This document shows positions 1 to 13,090 of a DNA stretch of 64,000 nt, one piece after another. The stretch is from Octopus vulgaris (lineage: Eukaryota), in assembly GCA_951406725.2 (NCBI GenBank), contig OX597822.1:93124001-93188000 (forward strand), given 5' to 3'. The notes under the pieces are model-generated. The model made no database searches. It had not been told where the DNA came from and saw only the letters and a list, made by a program, of their open reading frames with translations. A program made the translations under genes and the position numbers. Position 1 is the stretch's first letter. Each line of letters starts with the position of its first letter.

Positions 1-545
1 CAGTCAGCGGATGAATATATATGTAGTCGTCTGTTAAAGCAGTGGTTCTCAAAGTGGGCGGTACTGCACTCCTGGGGACCGTGGAAAGTTCCAAAGAGGC
101 ATTGAAGAAAATTGGGGAGATAATGGGGTGGTGAGTCATGTAAAAATTGAGGGGATAATGGGGTCGCAATTCATGTAAAATTGGGCGGGGGGCGGATAAT
201 GGGTGGCAATTCATGTAAAAATTGGTGGGGATAATGTGGTGGCGATTCATGTAAAAGCAATAAAATAATGGATTCATTAGTTTAAGTTTAATTTATTAAA
301 TACAATGTAAAGTATAATAGCCATCTTAATATGGCTAACCACAAAGGGTGGCTGTTACTGTAGCTTTTAGCCCCTGAAGATCATCTCCAGGTGGCTATTA
401 TGCTTTACAATGTCGAGCGGTTACTGTTTACATCTCGTTCAGAGATTTATTATTGCTTGCAGACAGTTTTTCGAAATCAGTGACGGAAGTTACTAGAAAA
501 ACACTTAAGTATTTGCATACAGGTCTTCCTTTTCATCGTAAACCG

Positions 546-604
546 GTGATTACCACCCGTTGACAAAAGGCAACTACCTCGAAACTGCGGTCCGTGCGTA
601 TCAC
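546..604 (+). ncRNA. Degenerate minimal type-I hammerhead ribozyme
   Basis: CCGTTGA (557-563, A6 mutated), agg/cct stem II, GAAA (581-584), self-complementary CTGCGG, TC. Extended stem I gtgat/atcac. Confidence 0.5.
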
Positions 605-607
605 TTA

Positions 608-752
608 GGCTTACGAGAGAGGGATGACCTCCCTTTGCAAATACCATAAGAGCACAGATAGTGTGCCTAAAGCCAGCTGGAGACGATGATCTTTTGGGGC
701 TAAAAGCTACAGTAACACCCACTCTTTGTGGTTAGCCATATTGAGATGGCTA
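608..752 (+). ncRNA. Conserved multi-hairpin RNA motif downstream of HHR (copy A)
   Basis: GGCTT..AAGCC closing stem; agaggga/tcccttt hairpin; GCAAATA; gcaca/tgtgc hairpin; GGGGCTAAAA; tagccat/atggcta hairpin. Homologous to 22041-22180 and 44981-45096(-). Confidence 0.55.
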
Positions 753-1249
753 TTATACTTTACATTGTTGAGCGGTTACTGTTTACATCTCGTTCAGAGA
801 TTTATTATTGCTTATTAAATACAGTTGCTTTGAATTTGCTTCAGAAAGAGGTCTATGTTTGTGAGGGTTAGTTGGGGGTGGGGTGCTAGGAATTTGGCCT
901 GGGTGTCAAGGGGGCAATAGCCTGAAAAAGTTTGGGAACCACTGTAAGTTAAAGTATGGTGTTTTATCCACACATACACATAAACACACTCGTACACAGA
1001 CATACACGCATACACGTCATTCTATTGAAATTTCGAAATTTCGTAGAGTCGTGGCATATTCAATTTGGAAAATAAGATCACATACCCGGCAAAACTTCGA
1101 AGTCACTATTAATAAAATCATAAGTGTTTGACAGACTTCCTACGCAATGTACTGACAGCTCGTTTTTTCCCTTTTCTACACCAGCGTATGTGCGAATGCA
1201 TTTGAGTACATGTATGTGGGTGTAAGCCTGTGTACGTTATGCGTATACC

Positions 1250-1500
1250 TATTTCTACACTACCCACAAGGGGCTAAACACAGAGAGGACAAACAAGGAC
1301 CGACAAACGGATTAAGTCGATTACATCGGCTCCAGTGCGTAACTGGTACTTAATTTATCGACCCCGAAAGGATGAAAGGCAAAGTCGACCTCGGCGGAAT
1401 TTGAACTCAGAACGCAGCGGCGAACGAAATACCAGAAAGCATTTCGTTCGTCGTGCTAACGTTTCTGCCAGCTCACCGCCTTAGGCCAGCTCGCCGGACA
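1250..1500 (-). mobile_element. tRNA-derived SINE (family 1)
   Basis: Reverse complement of the 1691-1921 element; many copies in the window. Confidence 0.85.
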
Positions 1501-1690
1501 CTACGAACAAAGAAGAACTCAATACGTAGGTTGAGAACATATTTAATTTGTTGATTCCTATTTCCAACTGATAGCGTTCCGTTATTCAGATACTCATGTT
1601 CTTTGTAGCTTAGCATTCTTCAGACGGGTATGGCTGACGGTACAGGTGCTCTTTATTGTCGGTTTCGTCAACACGGTATTGCTTAATTTA

Positions 1691-1921
1691 AGGCGGCGAG
1701 CTGGCAGAAACGTTAGCACGCCGGGCGAAATGCTTAGCGGTATTTCGTCTGCGTTACGTTGTGAGTTCAAATTCCGCCGAGGTCGACTTTGCCTTTCATC
1801 CTTTCGGGGTCGATAAATTAAGTACCAGTTACGCACTGGGGTCGATGTAATCGACTTAATACCTATGTCTGCCCTTGTTTGTCCCCTCTATGTTTAGCCC
1901 CTTGTGGGTAATAAAGAAATA
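1691..1921 (+). mobile_element. tRNA-derived SINE (family 1) with TSD
   Basis: A-box-like TGGCAGAAACGTTAG, B-box GAGTTCAAATTCC, core gcctttcatcctttcggggtcgataaa. Flanking direct repeat ggtattgcttaattta at 1675-1690 and 1922-1937. Confidence 0.9.
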
Positions 1922-2109
1922 GGTATTGCTTAATTTAGGTTCGTTTTGCGCAAGGAATGTTAAAGATGTAGTGTTTCACAATATCGACACCAACAGACTA
2001 GGGGTTTTTAATAAGGTTTACATACTATCAGGGATTAAATTTCTCATTTGCGTTAAGTGGGGCGAGCGGCGGCGACAAGCAATGATTGGCATCACTAACA
2101 CACACACAC

Positions 2110-2177
<68 letters not shown>

Positions 2178-2298
2178 TTCACACAGGTACTAGTGACCAA
2201 CTTGCTAAATACCAATATTTACGTACACGGACTTACAATGGTCCTCTATAAAGTCAATACTCCTCCATTGTTTGTTAAATGTTTCACAAAGTACCAAA

Positions 2299-2344
<46 letters not shown>

Positions 2345-2435
2345 GTCATTCTACTAATAAAAAGACCCTGATTGTATCTTAATTCCTTATTAATCAATAT
2401 CAAAAACATTCGCGAAGAATAAGCAACCTACATAA

Positions 2436-2471
<36 letters not shown>

Positions 2472-2729
2472 TCTACACACACACGTACACACACAAATAT
2501 ATATATGTATGTGCCTGTATGTATGTATGTATGTTTCTGTATATATATGTATGTATCCATTTATCCTTTTACGCTTGTACATGCCTTCGTCATTGGAGTG
2601 TAGCCATGTATAAACATATGTATACATATATATGCATGCATACATATTCGTATACATATTTGCGTATGCACATACATGTATTCCTATACACACACACTCA
2701 TATCTACACACACTCATATCTACACGCAC

Positions 2730-2805
<76 letters not shown>

Positions 2806-2829
2806 GTCTGTCTGTCTGTCTGTCTGTCT

Positions 2830-3050
2830 TTACTGCCCACAAGGGGCTACACACAGAGAAGACAAACAAGGACAGACAAACGGATTAAGTCGATTATATC
2901 GACCCCAGTGCGTAACTGGTACTTAATTTATCGACCCCGAAAGGATGAAAGGCAAAGTCGAGATTGGCGGAATTTGAACTCAGAACGTAACGGCAGACGA
3001 AATGCGGCTGCGCATTTCGCCCGGCGTGCTAACGATTCTGCCAGCTCGCC
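2830..3050 (-). mobile_element. SINE family 1
   Basis: Same consensus as 1691-1921, reverse strand. Confidence 0.85.
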
Positions 3051-3659
3051 GTCTGTCTGTCTTTCTGTCTGCGCATACTCATATATCCACGTTATATTTA
3101 AGTAATATATCGCCACAACATAATAGTGGCGACAAGAATATTACGGTGCCGATCACAGCATACAAGTGGAGGAGGATCCACATTATAACAAAATCCTCTG
3201 GGCATTTCTGTGTAGAGTGCTAACACTCATAGGTGCCAGGTGCCTGTTTTTTAAAAATTTTTTTATTTTACTTAAGAATATAACAGACCGCCTTGCTCAG
3301 GAATCGAAACCCACGATTTTGCGGTCGTGAGTGCAACACCTTTACCACTAGGCCACGCACAATCATTACACCACAAGCTTAAATACAATTAAGGAAAATC
3401 CGAGCAAGTTGACGGAGATGATGTCATTGATGAAGATTATTGGTCTTCCTAAGTCTTGGCACACTTCATTAATGTCAGAGACTGGATCGTCAATTTTCAT
3501 TCTCAGCTATATTTCGTTCTGTTTTTTGTTTTTTGTTTTCAATACCATTGATGATGTTAACAGGTTTGTACAAGTAACAATATAAATCTGTATCGATCAG
3601 ATACAGTTACTTCAATGAGCCATGATGCTAATCACGAAGCTATGTCTCTTTGCGCATTC

Positions 3660-3690
<31 letters not shown>

Positions 3691-3899
3691 TCACACTACT
3701 CTCAACCCACTGACCTCACTCTCTGTCTCTTTCCTTCAATCTATCTGTTTATCTATCAGTATCAGTATCAGTCTGTCTGTGTGTCTGTCTCCCCACCACT
3801 CTCCTCTCTCTCCATATATATATATATATATACATATATAGACATATATATATATACATATATATATACATATATATATACATCTCTCGCTCTCTACAA

Positions 3900-3953
<54 letters not shown>

Positions 3954-3960
3954 GTATATA

Positions 3961-4394
3961 TGTGTGTTTGAAAAAGAAAAAGAATGACTTCACAGGTAGT
4001 TCTAATCAGTTTAATTTATTGAAAATTTTTTTGATGATATAAATTTTAGTTCATATATCTAGTAAGTTCTTAACTTGGATGTGGAGACTTTTTTAAAAAC
4101 ATTTTTTTTCTTGTTAACTTTTTGGAGAACCTTCTCGCGTTCTTTGTCAAACAGATCTGAGGATTTAGGGTTTGACAACGAATGCGAGAAAGCTCTCCCC
4201 AAAAAGTTAACAAGAAAAAATGTCTTTAAAAAATTCTCCACATCCAAGTTAAGAACTTACTAGATCTATGAACTAAAACTTATATCATCAAAAAAATTTT
4301 TTTTTAATATAAATTAAACTGATTAGAACTATCGGTGATGTCATACTTTATCTTTTTTCAAATATACCTAACTGTACCAAATATCTCACACATT
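3961..4394. repeat. ~430 bp imperfect palindrome (fold-back element)
   Basis: Arms ~3961-4152 and ~4169-4394 are reverse complements (e.g. ctagtaagttcttaacttggatgtggag / ctccacatccaagttaagaacttactag). Flanked by TA-rich microsatellite. Confidence 0.85.
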
Positions 4395-4591
4395 TTATAT
4401 ATATATACATGAGCAATAACCGATAGATATAGAAGTTGGGTGGTTTTAAGAAAATTGTTTCCCAACCGTATTAAGTTCAGAGTTCAGTTCCACTGCGTGG
4501 CACCTTGGACAACTGTTTTCTTACTATAGGGTCGGGCGGACCAAAGTCTTGTGAATGAATTTCGTACGCGGAAACTGAAAGAGGCCCGTGG

Positions 4592-4665
<74 letters not shown>

Positions 4666-4828
4666 TGAGGGAATATTATTCCATATAAATTAGAAAAAAC
4701 CCCCACCTTTTATCAATTCAATAATGAAAAATTAAATTATACCATTTAGAAAAATTACATCTTATAGAAAGATTAAATATAAGATAAAACATAACAATGA
4801 TTAAGTAATTTGCAAAATAATAAATAAA

Positions 4829-4898
<70 letters not shown>

Positions 4899-4939
4899 GT
4901 GTACATACCTACATATATATGTATACATGCATATATGGG

Positions 4940-5270
4940 TACAGGACATAAAAAAAGAAGTTGAACACAATGAGAAACGAAAACAAAAACAAAAACATAG
5001 AAAACGAACTTTTCTTCGAACAACGAAAAAAACAAACTGAGAAACGAGACATGCAACATAATGAAGATTCCTCTTCATCGGTTGTCCCTGTTTCATCTAC
5101 TCCGCATTCCGAAGGTAAGAACAATACGCGACTTCGTTGCAAGTCCTTCTCGCAAAGCAAATTAAATAAAATTTGGGATTTTCTGCGGAGGGTGAAAGTG
5201 GTAACAAGAACAGGACAGTGAGAACAAAACAGTAAAAACAAACGGTGAGGGGTATTGAGCCAAGACGAAC
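4940..5270 (-). mobile_element. Non-autonomous repeat, probably PLE-derived, with half-hammerhead motif
   Basis: Diverged reverse-strand homolog of 8420-8700. Reads GACAA-CCGATGA-stem-...-ATGTC at 5048-5086. Abuts (TA)n. Confidence 0.5.
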
Positions 5271-5299
5271 CGCTAAGTCACGGAGACATAAATACACTG

Positions 5300-5580
5300 A
5301 CAGTGGTTGTCTGTATGATGTGGAAAATATTCCATCAGTATTGCCCAAATAATGTTGGCATCACCTTTAAGATACACCCAAGTCTTGGACCCCATGCTAT
5401 CCGCCCACAACATAAATCATACTCGCATCATATAACGACAATACTGCACAATTATTTCACCTCAATTGGCTCCGCCCTCTTTAACATAACACCAAAACAC
5501 ATTAAAACAGAAACAGACCCCATAAAGTTCAAGAAGTCATTGGACAAATTCCTTCACAAAATCCCGGATAAACCGCCTGT
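5300..5580 (+). pseudogene. CR1/L2-group LINE ORF2 C-terminal fragment
   Basis: WKI...PN...LFN.TP..IK...FKKSLDKFL.KIPDKP matches the typical C-terminus of CR1-group ORF2. Confidence 0.65.
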
Positions 5581-5582
5581 TC

Positions 5583-8124
5583 AAGTTTTTATCAAACTTG
5601 ATGTGCTGACTCAATGCAATACAGAAATAGTATATCTGAAATTTCAGCTTTCTAGTTGAAGTAGTTTCGGAGTTAGAGGCTTTTGAAACTATAATCACTC
5701 GGTGGCACTAGATCCACACTTCAGTATTTCTGCTGCCTAAATCCTTGTAAACGCAAGAAAGATGTGAAATAAAAGTATATTTATACATTTTTAAGATTAC
5801 TGAATTGAAATTGTTGTATGCAAAGGTTCAAAACTAGGTTATTTTAAGACAGAGGCTACTACAAGCATTCGATAACATACAAAATTTAAAATAATACATA
5901 TTTTTAACTTTATAGATTTAATTCCAATTTTGAATTACTGTATAAGAAAAAGAGTGCTGAATATTAGCAAATTTTTAAACATAACAAAGAATTCATATGT
6001 TTTGTTGGATAAAATAAATCGAAGCTGAAGTTCCTCCTTCTTACAAACATCATAAAATCTTGAAGGCACTTGATTGCCCATAAGCACTCTGATTTGTTCT
6101 GGAAATTTCCTGTTTTGATGGTTCTTGACTCCAAAGGTTTTTTACAGAGTTCAATGCTTTTTTATGAGCTTGCAGGCTACCACATAACTTCTGATAATCA
6201 CATGCATTGAACATTTGGTTAGTAAACCAAAAATCAACAAATATTGAGAAGCAAAACTCTTTTCTCTGGTAGAAGAATAAATGCCAAAGAGCTAGTATTG
6301 CTCGAGAATTCCATTTTGCTTTACTTAAGTTGGGTATGTTTTGAAACTTTACAGTTGGAAATTTTCCGGTTTCTTCAAAGAAACGAAAAACTCTGGTCAA
6401 ATGAAATAGAAATTTCATGTCATCTCGCCATCCTGCTGATTCAGTAATATTTTCTTCAACATTATTGAGATTAGCCTGGAGTTTCTCGTAATTACTTAGG
6501 AACTCTGGGATGAATGTATATTCAGTACTGGGAGATGACATTTTTTTCTCCAAGTTCGTTATCCATTACAGCATGAAGAACTCTATCAAGGATATGATAC
6601 TGACAACCAATAAACTGCTGTTCTTTCAAACCCTTTTGAGCAAACAGTCTTTGTAACTGAATGACAATGCCATTTCTTTCCCCAGTCTTCACACTCGTTG
6701 TATCAGCGACATCTTTACGCAGTTCCATAAATTGTATTCATCTAAAACAGCTGTTATTTCTTCCACAACAGTACCGGCTTTTCCGTTTGGAGTGCTTCTA
6801 ACTTAACTTCCCACTGTTCGTTCTTTAAAACTAGCACTTGGTATTCTTGGTCATCAATACGTTTATCATGAAAATGCAATGATCAGTTTTCTAAATGTAG
6901 TGTTTTCTTCATTTTCTTTTTTAATTTAACAGCTTCTTTGATAGTTGGACTGTAAATACCAAATTAGGAAGGAGTCTCGACATTGATTCCTTCTTGAGAC
7001 AATTGTCGACAAACTGTTGCTGCTTTTTGAGTTGATAGCTTGGAAGATATTACTAACTTGGTTGCAGTTCCAGTTTTGCTATACTTCCGCCTTGTTTGTG
7101 TGGATTCTTCATCTGATTTTTCGGACTCTTGATATCCACCCTCAGTCTCTGCTTAAGACGTTGACGATGACACTGGAGTTGCTCTGGTTGAAGCTGGCAT
7201 TTTTCATTTGGATGGATGGATAGTTTTGGAACTGGCTGCCTATCTAGTTGCATACCCAACCTGTCCCTTGCTTTCAATTGGAAGATAATATAACCTTCTA
7301 TCCTCATTGCACAGCCATTCACCGTTTTCCTTTGTGATGTCAAAAATTCTTTTCAATGAATCGTATTTTCCTCGTTTTATACAGTTATTGTAAGTATTCA
7401 GCACTTTTTCTACTTTTGTACATTTTGAATTCATAAATACGGGAAATTTAATTTCTTTTGCCATATAAAAGTTACTTCTTTCGAAATGTCCTTTGTTCTT
7501 TCTTTCCTTCCTTTGATGGTACCTCCAAGGAACAGGTAGCGACCGACAATGTGAAGTTTCATTGATATCCTGCAGTTGTTTTCCAAAGAATGCTCTTCTA
7601 GAGGAACAAGTCTCCTTTCCCTATGTGAGTCTTGAAATTGCACGAGATTCTTCGTCCAGATTTTTTTGTTCTTTTCAGTGACACAAGCACTTCTCTTATG
7701 AAACATTATTTTAGGTACTTTAGTTGGATAAAACTACTATTCTGAAAAACAGTTAATATAGTCAGAGTTTTTAGCGTCACAGAAATAAGAAGGAGAGGAA
7801 GAGGATATTTCCTAAAGCAGGACCTGAGTGGTAACAACATAAAAACTCTAAAACTCCTAAACTACTTAAACTTGAAAGCTAAAATTTGACATATACTGCT
7901 TCTGCATTGCATTAAGTCAGCAGACCAAGTTTGGTAAAAACTTCAGTAGGCATTATGAACCTACACCCTAGAATTTTGCATGATTTGGGTCAAAAGATTT
8001 CTTCAGTTGGGGGTGACATTTTTCTTAAAAGAAAACTTTAAATAAATGTTATTTTCCCTACTTCATGAAATTATTTATCGCCTTTGATACAAGAAATTCT
8101 TTAATTAAAAAAAAAGTCATAATC

Positions 8125-8128
<4 letters not shown>
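5583..8128 (-). mobile_element. Decayed hAT (hATm-like) DNA transposon
   Basis: Frameshifted fragments carry DTT.(K/N)TG...G...L...IGCQYHIL, KAKWNSRAI and RTNQ.A motifs. Inverted subterminal repeats at ~5585-5685 and ~7845-7942. End begins TTAGG at 8128. Confidence 0.7.
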
Positions 8129-8199
<71 letters not shown>

Positions 8200-8224
8200 C
8201 ATACATACACACACAGATATATTT

Positions 8225-8705
8225 TCGCCGTTCTCTGTCTGTCCCTCTCTCTCCCTCACTCGTTGCTCGCATGTGACAATCAGCCATCTTTCTTTTCCTA
8301 ACTAGAATGTCTTTCTTTCCTTCCGAACAGTCACAGGGATCAGACGTATTCTTGTCTGTCTCCTGTCAGAGCTTGTACCTCTAGCTTTCGCCAACTCACC
8401 TCGTTTAGGCTTAGCAGCTCATACTGTTTGTTTTCACTGTCGTGTTTTTGTTACCAACTTTGACCCTCCGCAAAATCCCAAATTTTATTTAATTTGCTTT
8501 GCGGGCGCAACTGTTTTGTCGAAGGCGTATCTTGTTGTTAATTGCTCGAAATACGGAGTAGAAAAACAGCCGACAACTGATGAAGGGTTGTTCTTTATGC
8601 TACTTGTCTTGTTTTCCATTTGTTTCTTTCGTTGTTCACAAAAAGTCGTATTCCCTGTTTTCGTATTTCCTATGTCATGTTGTTTACGTTCTGTGACGTC
8701 CTCTG
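8225..8705 (+). mobile_element. Non-autonomous repeat, probably PLE-derived, with half-hammerhead motif
   Basis: Homolog of 4940-5270. GACAA-CTGATGA-agg..tct-...-TTGTC at 8572-8608. Bounded by TA microsatellites. Confidence 0.5.
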
Positions 8706-8793
8706 CTCATATATGCATATGTATATACATATATATGTAAGTATGTATGCATATGTATGTATATATGCATATATATATATATATAATTTATAT

Positions 8794-8867
<74 letters not shown>

Positions 8868-8959
8868 TATATGTATATGTATATATGTATGTATATATAT
8901 GTATATATCTGTATATGTATATATATATATATATGTATATATATACATATATATATATG

Positions 8960-9017
<58 letters not shown>

Positions 9018-9018
9018 C

Positions 9019-9627
9019 ACTAGCAAATGCACCTGTCCTTTGGATGGTGTAATTTATTATAATGGCGCACTCCTTTGGATAGTTTAAGTTGGATTAGCCC
9101 GCAGTTACAAGTATAATTACCAATTTCGTTAGCAGTTTATTATATGGTATTAAGCAAACTAGGTAATGAATAAAGTTTTTGAGCACAAGTTCGGCAGTTA
9201 GTAATAAATTAAAGTCCATGAAATGAGATCGCAAATGCAGGAGGCATAAGGGATCCTATATCTTACCTGAAGCATTTTGTCATATCGTTATATAAGCTTT
9301 TTTCAATGAAAGTCATGTACGATAAAAAGCTCACCGACTGACCAATGGCTTTGATGTGCTCCTACGCAGAGCCTTCAAGTTTGCATTGGTTTGAAGTCAC
9401 ATTGTCCTTTGTTCATCCGTTTCTGAAGCCATTGCATAAAGCGGCAGTCAAAGCCTGACGATTTGTGCGCTGTGCTAGTGACTCTGCAGCCCTGGAATTG
9501 TGATGAATCATTTGGACCCTACCAAAACATTACCCGGAGTTCTTCACTAATCCAAGTAATATTATAAGCCTGGTGTGCCAACAGAGAGCTTATGAAGCAT
9601 TTTGCCTCGATTGATAATCCTTCACTT
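9019..9627 (-). mobile_element. Possible Helitron remnant
   Basis: Minus-strand end is a short hairpin followed by GCTAGT. Weak LCNG and IPLMP-like traces. Confidence 0.3.
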
Positions 9628-9702
9628 TATATATATATATATAATATGAGCTCATAGCGAATCATATATATATGTATATATACATATACCTTCATACAAA
9701 CA

Positions 9703-9746
<44 letters not shown>

Positions 9747-9806
9747 AGTATATATATATATATGCATGCATACATATCTGTATATATGAAGATATGTATA
9801 TGTATA

Positions 9807-9902
<96 letters not shown>

Positions 9903-9905
<3 letters not shown>

Positions 9906-10075
9906 AGAATTCACGAAAAAAACAAAAAACGAAGACATGTGGTGTAGACAACAAACAGATGTATTAGTTTAGCGCTCGGGAATTGAAAAAGTCTTTAATG
10001 TTTCGAGCCTACACTCTTCCACAGAAAGGAACACAGAAAGAAACAGGGAGAGAAAAATAAAGAGAGAAAATAAAT
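9903..10075 (-). mobile_element. Short PLE pLTR-like repeat with degenerate HHR
   Basis: CTGTGGA-A-GAG tgtagg CTC-GAAA-CAT-TA-AAGA at 9991-10030. Homolog at 40965-41130. Confidence 0.5.
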
Positions 10076-10485
10076 ATATATATACAAACGGCGGTGCATC
10101 AGCATGGCCGCAGCTCTGAGCTGAAACTAGAAAAAAAAAATAATAATATGCCACTCTAAAGAAGGTTCCCGTTGATCTGATCCGCGGAACAGTTTTCTGA
10201 TGAAATGAATTTGCAAGTGGCTGAGCATTCCACAAACATGTATTCCAGTGTTACACAGAATGTGGATGCTGCTGATTTTTGCCAGCTGAGTCGACTGGAG
10301 CAACGTGAATTAAAGAATACAACGCGCCACCGGGAGTCGAACTAACGACCTTACGATCGTGAACCGAATACCCTAACCACTTCGCCACGCGCCTTTACAC
10401 CCACCCACCCACCAAAGCCACACACACACGCACGTTCATATATGCAGAAAATACACATTACTATACATTTATATGCGGATGTGTG

Positions 10486-10528
<43 letters not shown>

Positions 10529-11335
10529 CATACATGCATGCACACACATACATACATACACACGCACATATAGACACACGTATAAATGTTATTGAAAGCG
10601 TTATATTGAAAAGATTGTTTTAGGAAGTCGTTGAAATATTCTTTGTTGATAAGTGTTTGTATAGTTCTTTGGATTTCATGTTGAGGAGTGACTTTTCTAT
10701 GACTAATATTTTAAATCTACGTAAATATTCGCTATCTCTGGCCATATGTAGCGATTGTTGTCAGAAATATATATATACATAAACCGTCATTAATAAAAAC
10801 CCTTCAGAGAAATTTTGACTCTCCTCCATAAAAAGCATATATCAAAAGATTGAAACTTCAGATCAACAATAAACTACCACAGATATGCAAACATAAAAGT
10901 AGATAAAACACTGCAACAATTCAAATTAATCTTCACTAATATCACACAAACAACACCTTGCAAAAGCAAACAAATAATATCTAAGAATACAAAATAAATA
11001 AAATACACCCTGTTTAGTGAAGGGATTAACACGTCATTATAAAACAGAACATAATGTATGATACACAGTAACAACAAAAATAGACGCCAGGCTGAATAAA
11101 AATCTCGTCTAAGCATATGATTAACTGTGAGCATATTTCATTGACAAGGCTCAATAATAACGAAATACAACTGGCGTTCTTGCTAGCCGGTACAGGGATG
11201 ATTTTCATCTCCATCCGATTTATATTGTTTTTAAACACAGCATGTCCATAAGTGGACGAAATACCGCAGTAAATTTGTATTAAAAAAATGTATTTACATT
11301 CAGTATGATGCACATATATCTATCTATCTATCTAC

Positions 11336-11393
<58 letters not shown>

Positions 11394-12506
11394 GTCTGTA
11401 CTTTTTAAAAATTTATATCTGTGTTAACAAGGCTACATGGAACGTTATTCTATGTGGCAGGCTTGATAATTGTTGGGAGATTTCTTTTCGGCATGAAACC
11501 AATGGTAACCTTGTTAACTTACAAATACAAAATATTTATCCACCAATGCGGTGTTGAGTACTCCTCATTCTTGCTGTTCTATGAATTAACATGTTGAAAT
11601 CCTGCCGAGGTCGACTTTGCCTTTCATCCTTTCGGGATCGATAAATTAAGTACCAGTTGCGTACTGGGGTCAATGTAATCGACTGGTCCCAACCCCCAAA
11701 TTTCGGGCCTTGTGCCTAGAGCAGAAAAGAATATTCAACAAATAGATACATGCCCATATAGGTTTAGCTTTTACTTCCGCGTGTACACCTCTATTTTAAT
11801 TACCCCTTACAGTCGATTCTGTATTTTAGATATCTTATACTTATCCACCTGTAATATGGATAATTATCCTGGTTTTGTTTTAATATAAACTATGTACTCC
11901 TACTCAGATATTAATTTAGTTTATTTTTAAATTCATTGTAGAATAGTTTTATCATGACTACCTTAGCAATAGGCTTAGAAGAGGCCTTATGAAATTTCTC
12001 TTATACATTAAAATATCCCATTTTTAAGGTTTATCTATCCTTTTTTCTTTATATTGTTCTAGAATTCTTTTCTAAACTTTTAAAACATTAAATTGGTTAC
12101 GTTATGATACACCTCGTAACCCTAGTTTCTAATTCCCACTCCTGGAACTTATTTTGATCTCTTTTGTTTTCCGCTTTATTCCCCCTTATTTGACAATCTA
12201 AGTATGTATTGGCAATCCCCAGCCTTCTTCCTGCTAGTTATCACCTCTTCTCCATCAGTCATTTTCTTACTGGCAGCTCTGAGATATATCCTTTTATGCA
12301 GATAAAGCTAGATATAGGGTCCCAGTAAAATAAGGGTCGAGGAGAGTATCTGACATTAATTAATTTATCCCGATCAACTGGAACTTAATTGTCAATTCCC
12401 AATGGATTTAACTCTGAAGGATTGTAGATAAAAATAAACATAAATTAACAATCTCACCATCCCCTTTTTTTTACTTTCCACCATTTTCCTCTGCTACTCT
12501 CTAAAT

Positions 12507-12724
12507 CAGTGCTTTTCAAACTTTTTGCTGGAGCGGAACCCCAAGGAAACATTCCACTGGCTCGGGGAACCCCTGTGCAATAATTTAATAGTCTTATGCA
12601 CACATGTCTGCACAGGAGAGTTAAAAATTACTGCCGATTTTAGCAGTTTTGTAACTTCTTGCGGAACCCCTGGACTGTACTGGTGGAAACCTAAGGTTCC
12701 ACGGAACCCTGGTTGAAACAACTG
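12507..12724. mobile_element. hAT MITE with 8-bp TSD
   Basis: TIRs CAGTGCTTTTCAA / TTGAAACAACTG. TSD ctctaaat at 12499-12506 and 12725-12732. Confidence 0.9.
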
Positions 12725-12799
12725 CTCTAAATCATAGTTGGCTTTAGGTATACATTTTTCTCTAAATTCATTCTGCCACAATCACAATAAAGGAAAACA

Positions 12800-13090
12800 A
12801 TGTAATTATTTTGGTTTCTTTTACTGATGTAAACTGTGCTAGAAAATGGTTTATCCTTTATATTGGAAATCTATATGGTCGTCTGTTTCTGAGCGGTTTC
12901 TTTCAAATTGATGTAATGTTTTCAGTGATCGATTAAATGGAGCCGTTTTAAACGGCCGTAAGGCATTGATACCTGGGCATCCTTTTTACTTATTTGCGTT
13001 TTCTTCACCTAACTTCGACCTGCACGGACGAAACCGAACTAGCTTGGTGCCTCAATTTAAATACCTAATTCAACTGAATCTTATAAATAT
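12800..13090 (+). mobile_element. Decayed copy of the HHR-bearing repeat at 33700-34200
   Basis: Aligns with 33818-33910 and with the 34150-34200 end; HHR core mutated. Confidence 0.55.

Larger units (their letters stand above)
305..813 (+). mobile_element. Non-coding Penelope-like/retrozyme-like insertion (inverted 5' segment plus partial tandem unit)
   Basis: 301-395 is an inverted copy of ~670-768. 392-458 is a direct copy of 747-813 (period 355). Flanking TSD ttattaaataca at 293-304 and 812-823. Contains an HHR-like motif. Confidence 0.7.
40..944. mobile_element. hAT-type MITE, interrupted by a PLE/retrozyme-like insertion
   Basis: Terminal inverted repeats (TIRs) CAGTGGTTCTCAAA (40) and TTTGGGAACCACTG (944). 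Internal ~38-40 bp tandem repeat at ~100-256. TSD imperfect (gttaaag). Confidence 0.7.

Noticed and set aside
4940-8705. Composite transposon formed by inverted repeats flanking the hATm element
   Set aside because: The two copies are strongly diverged members of a dispersed family, separated from the transposon by a LINE piece and microsatellites, with no TSD.
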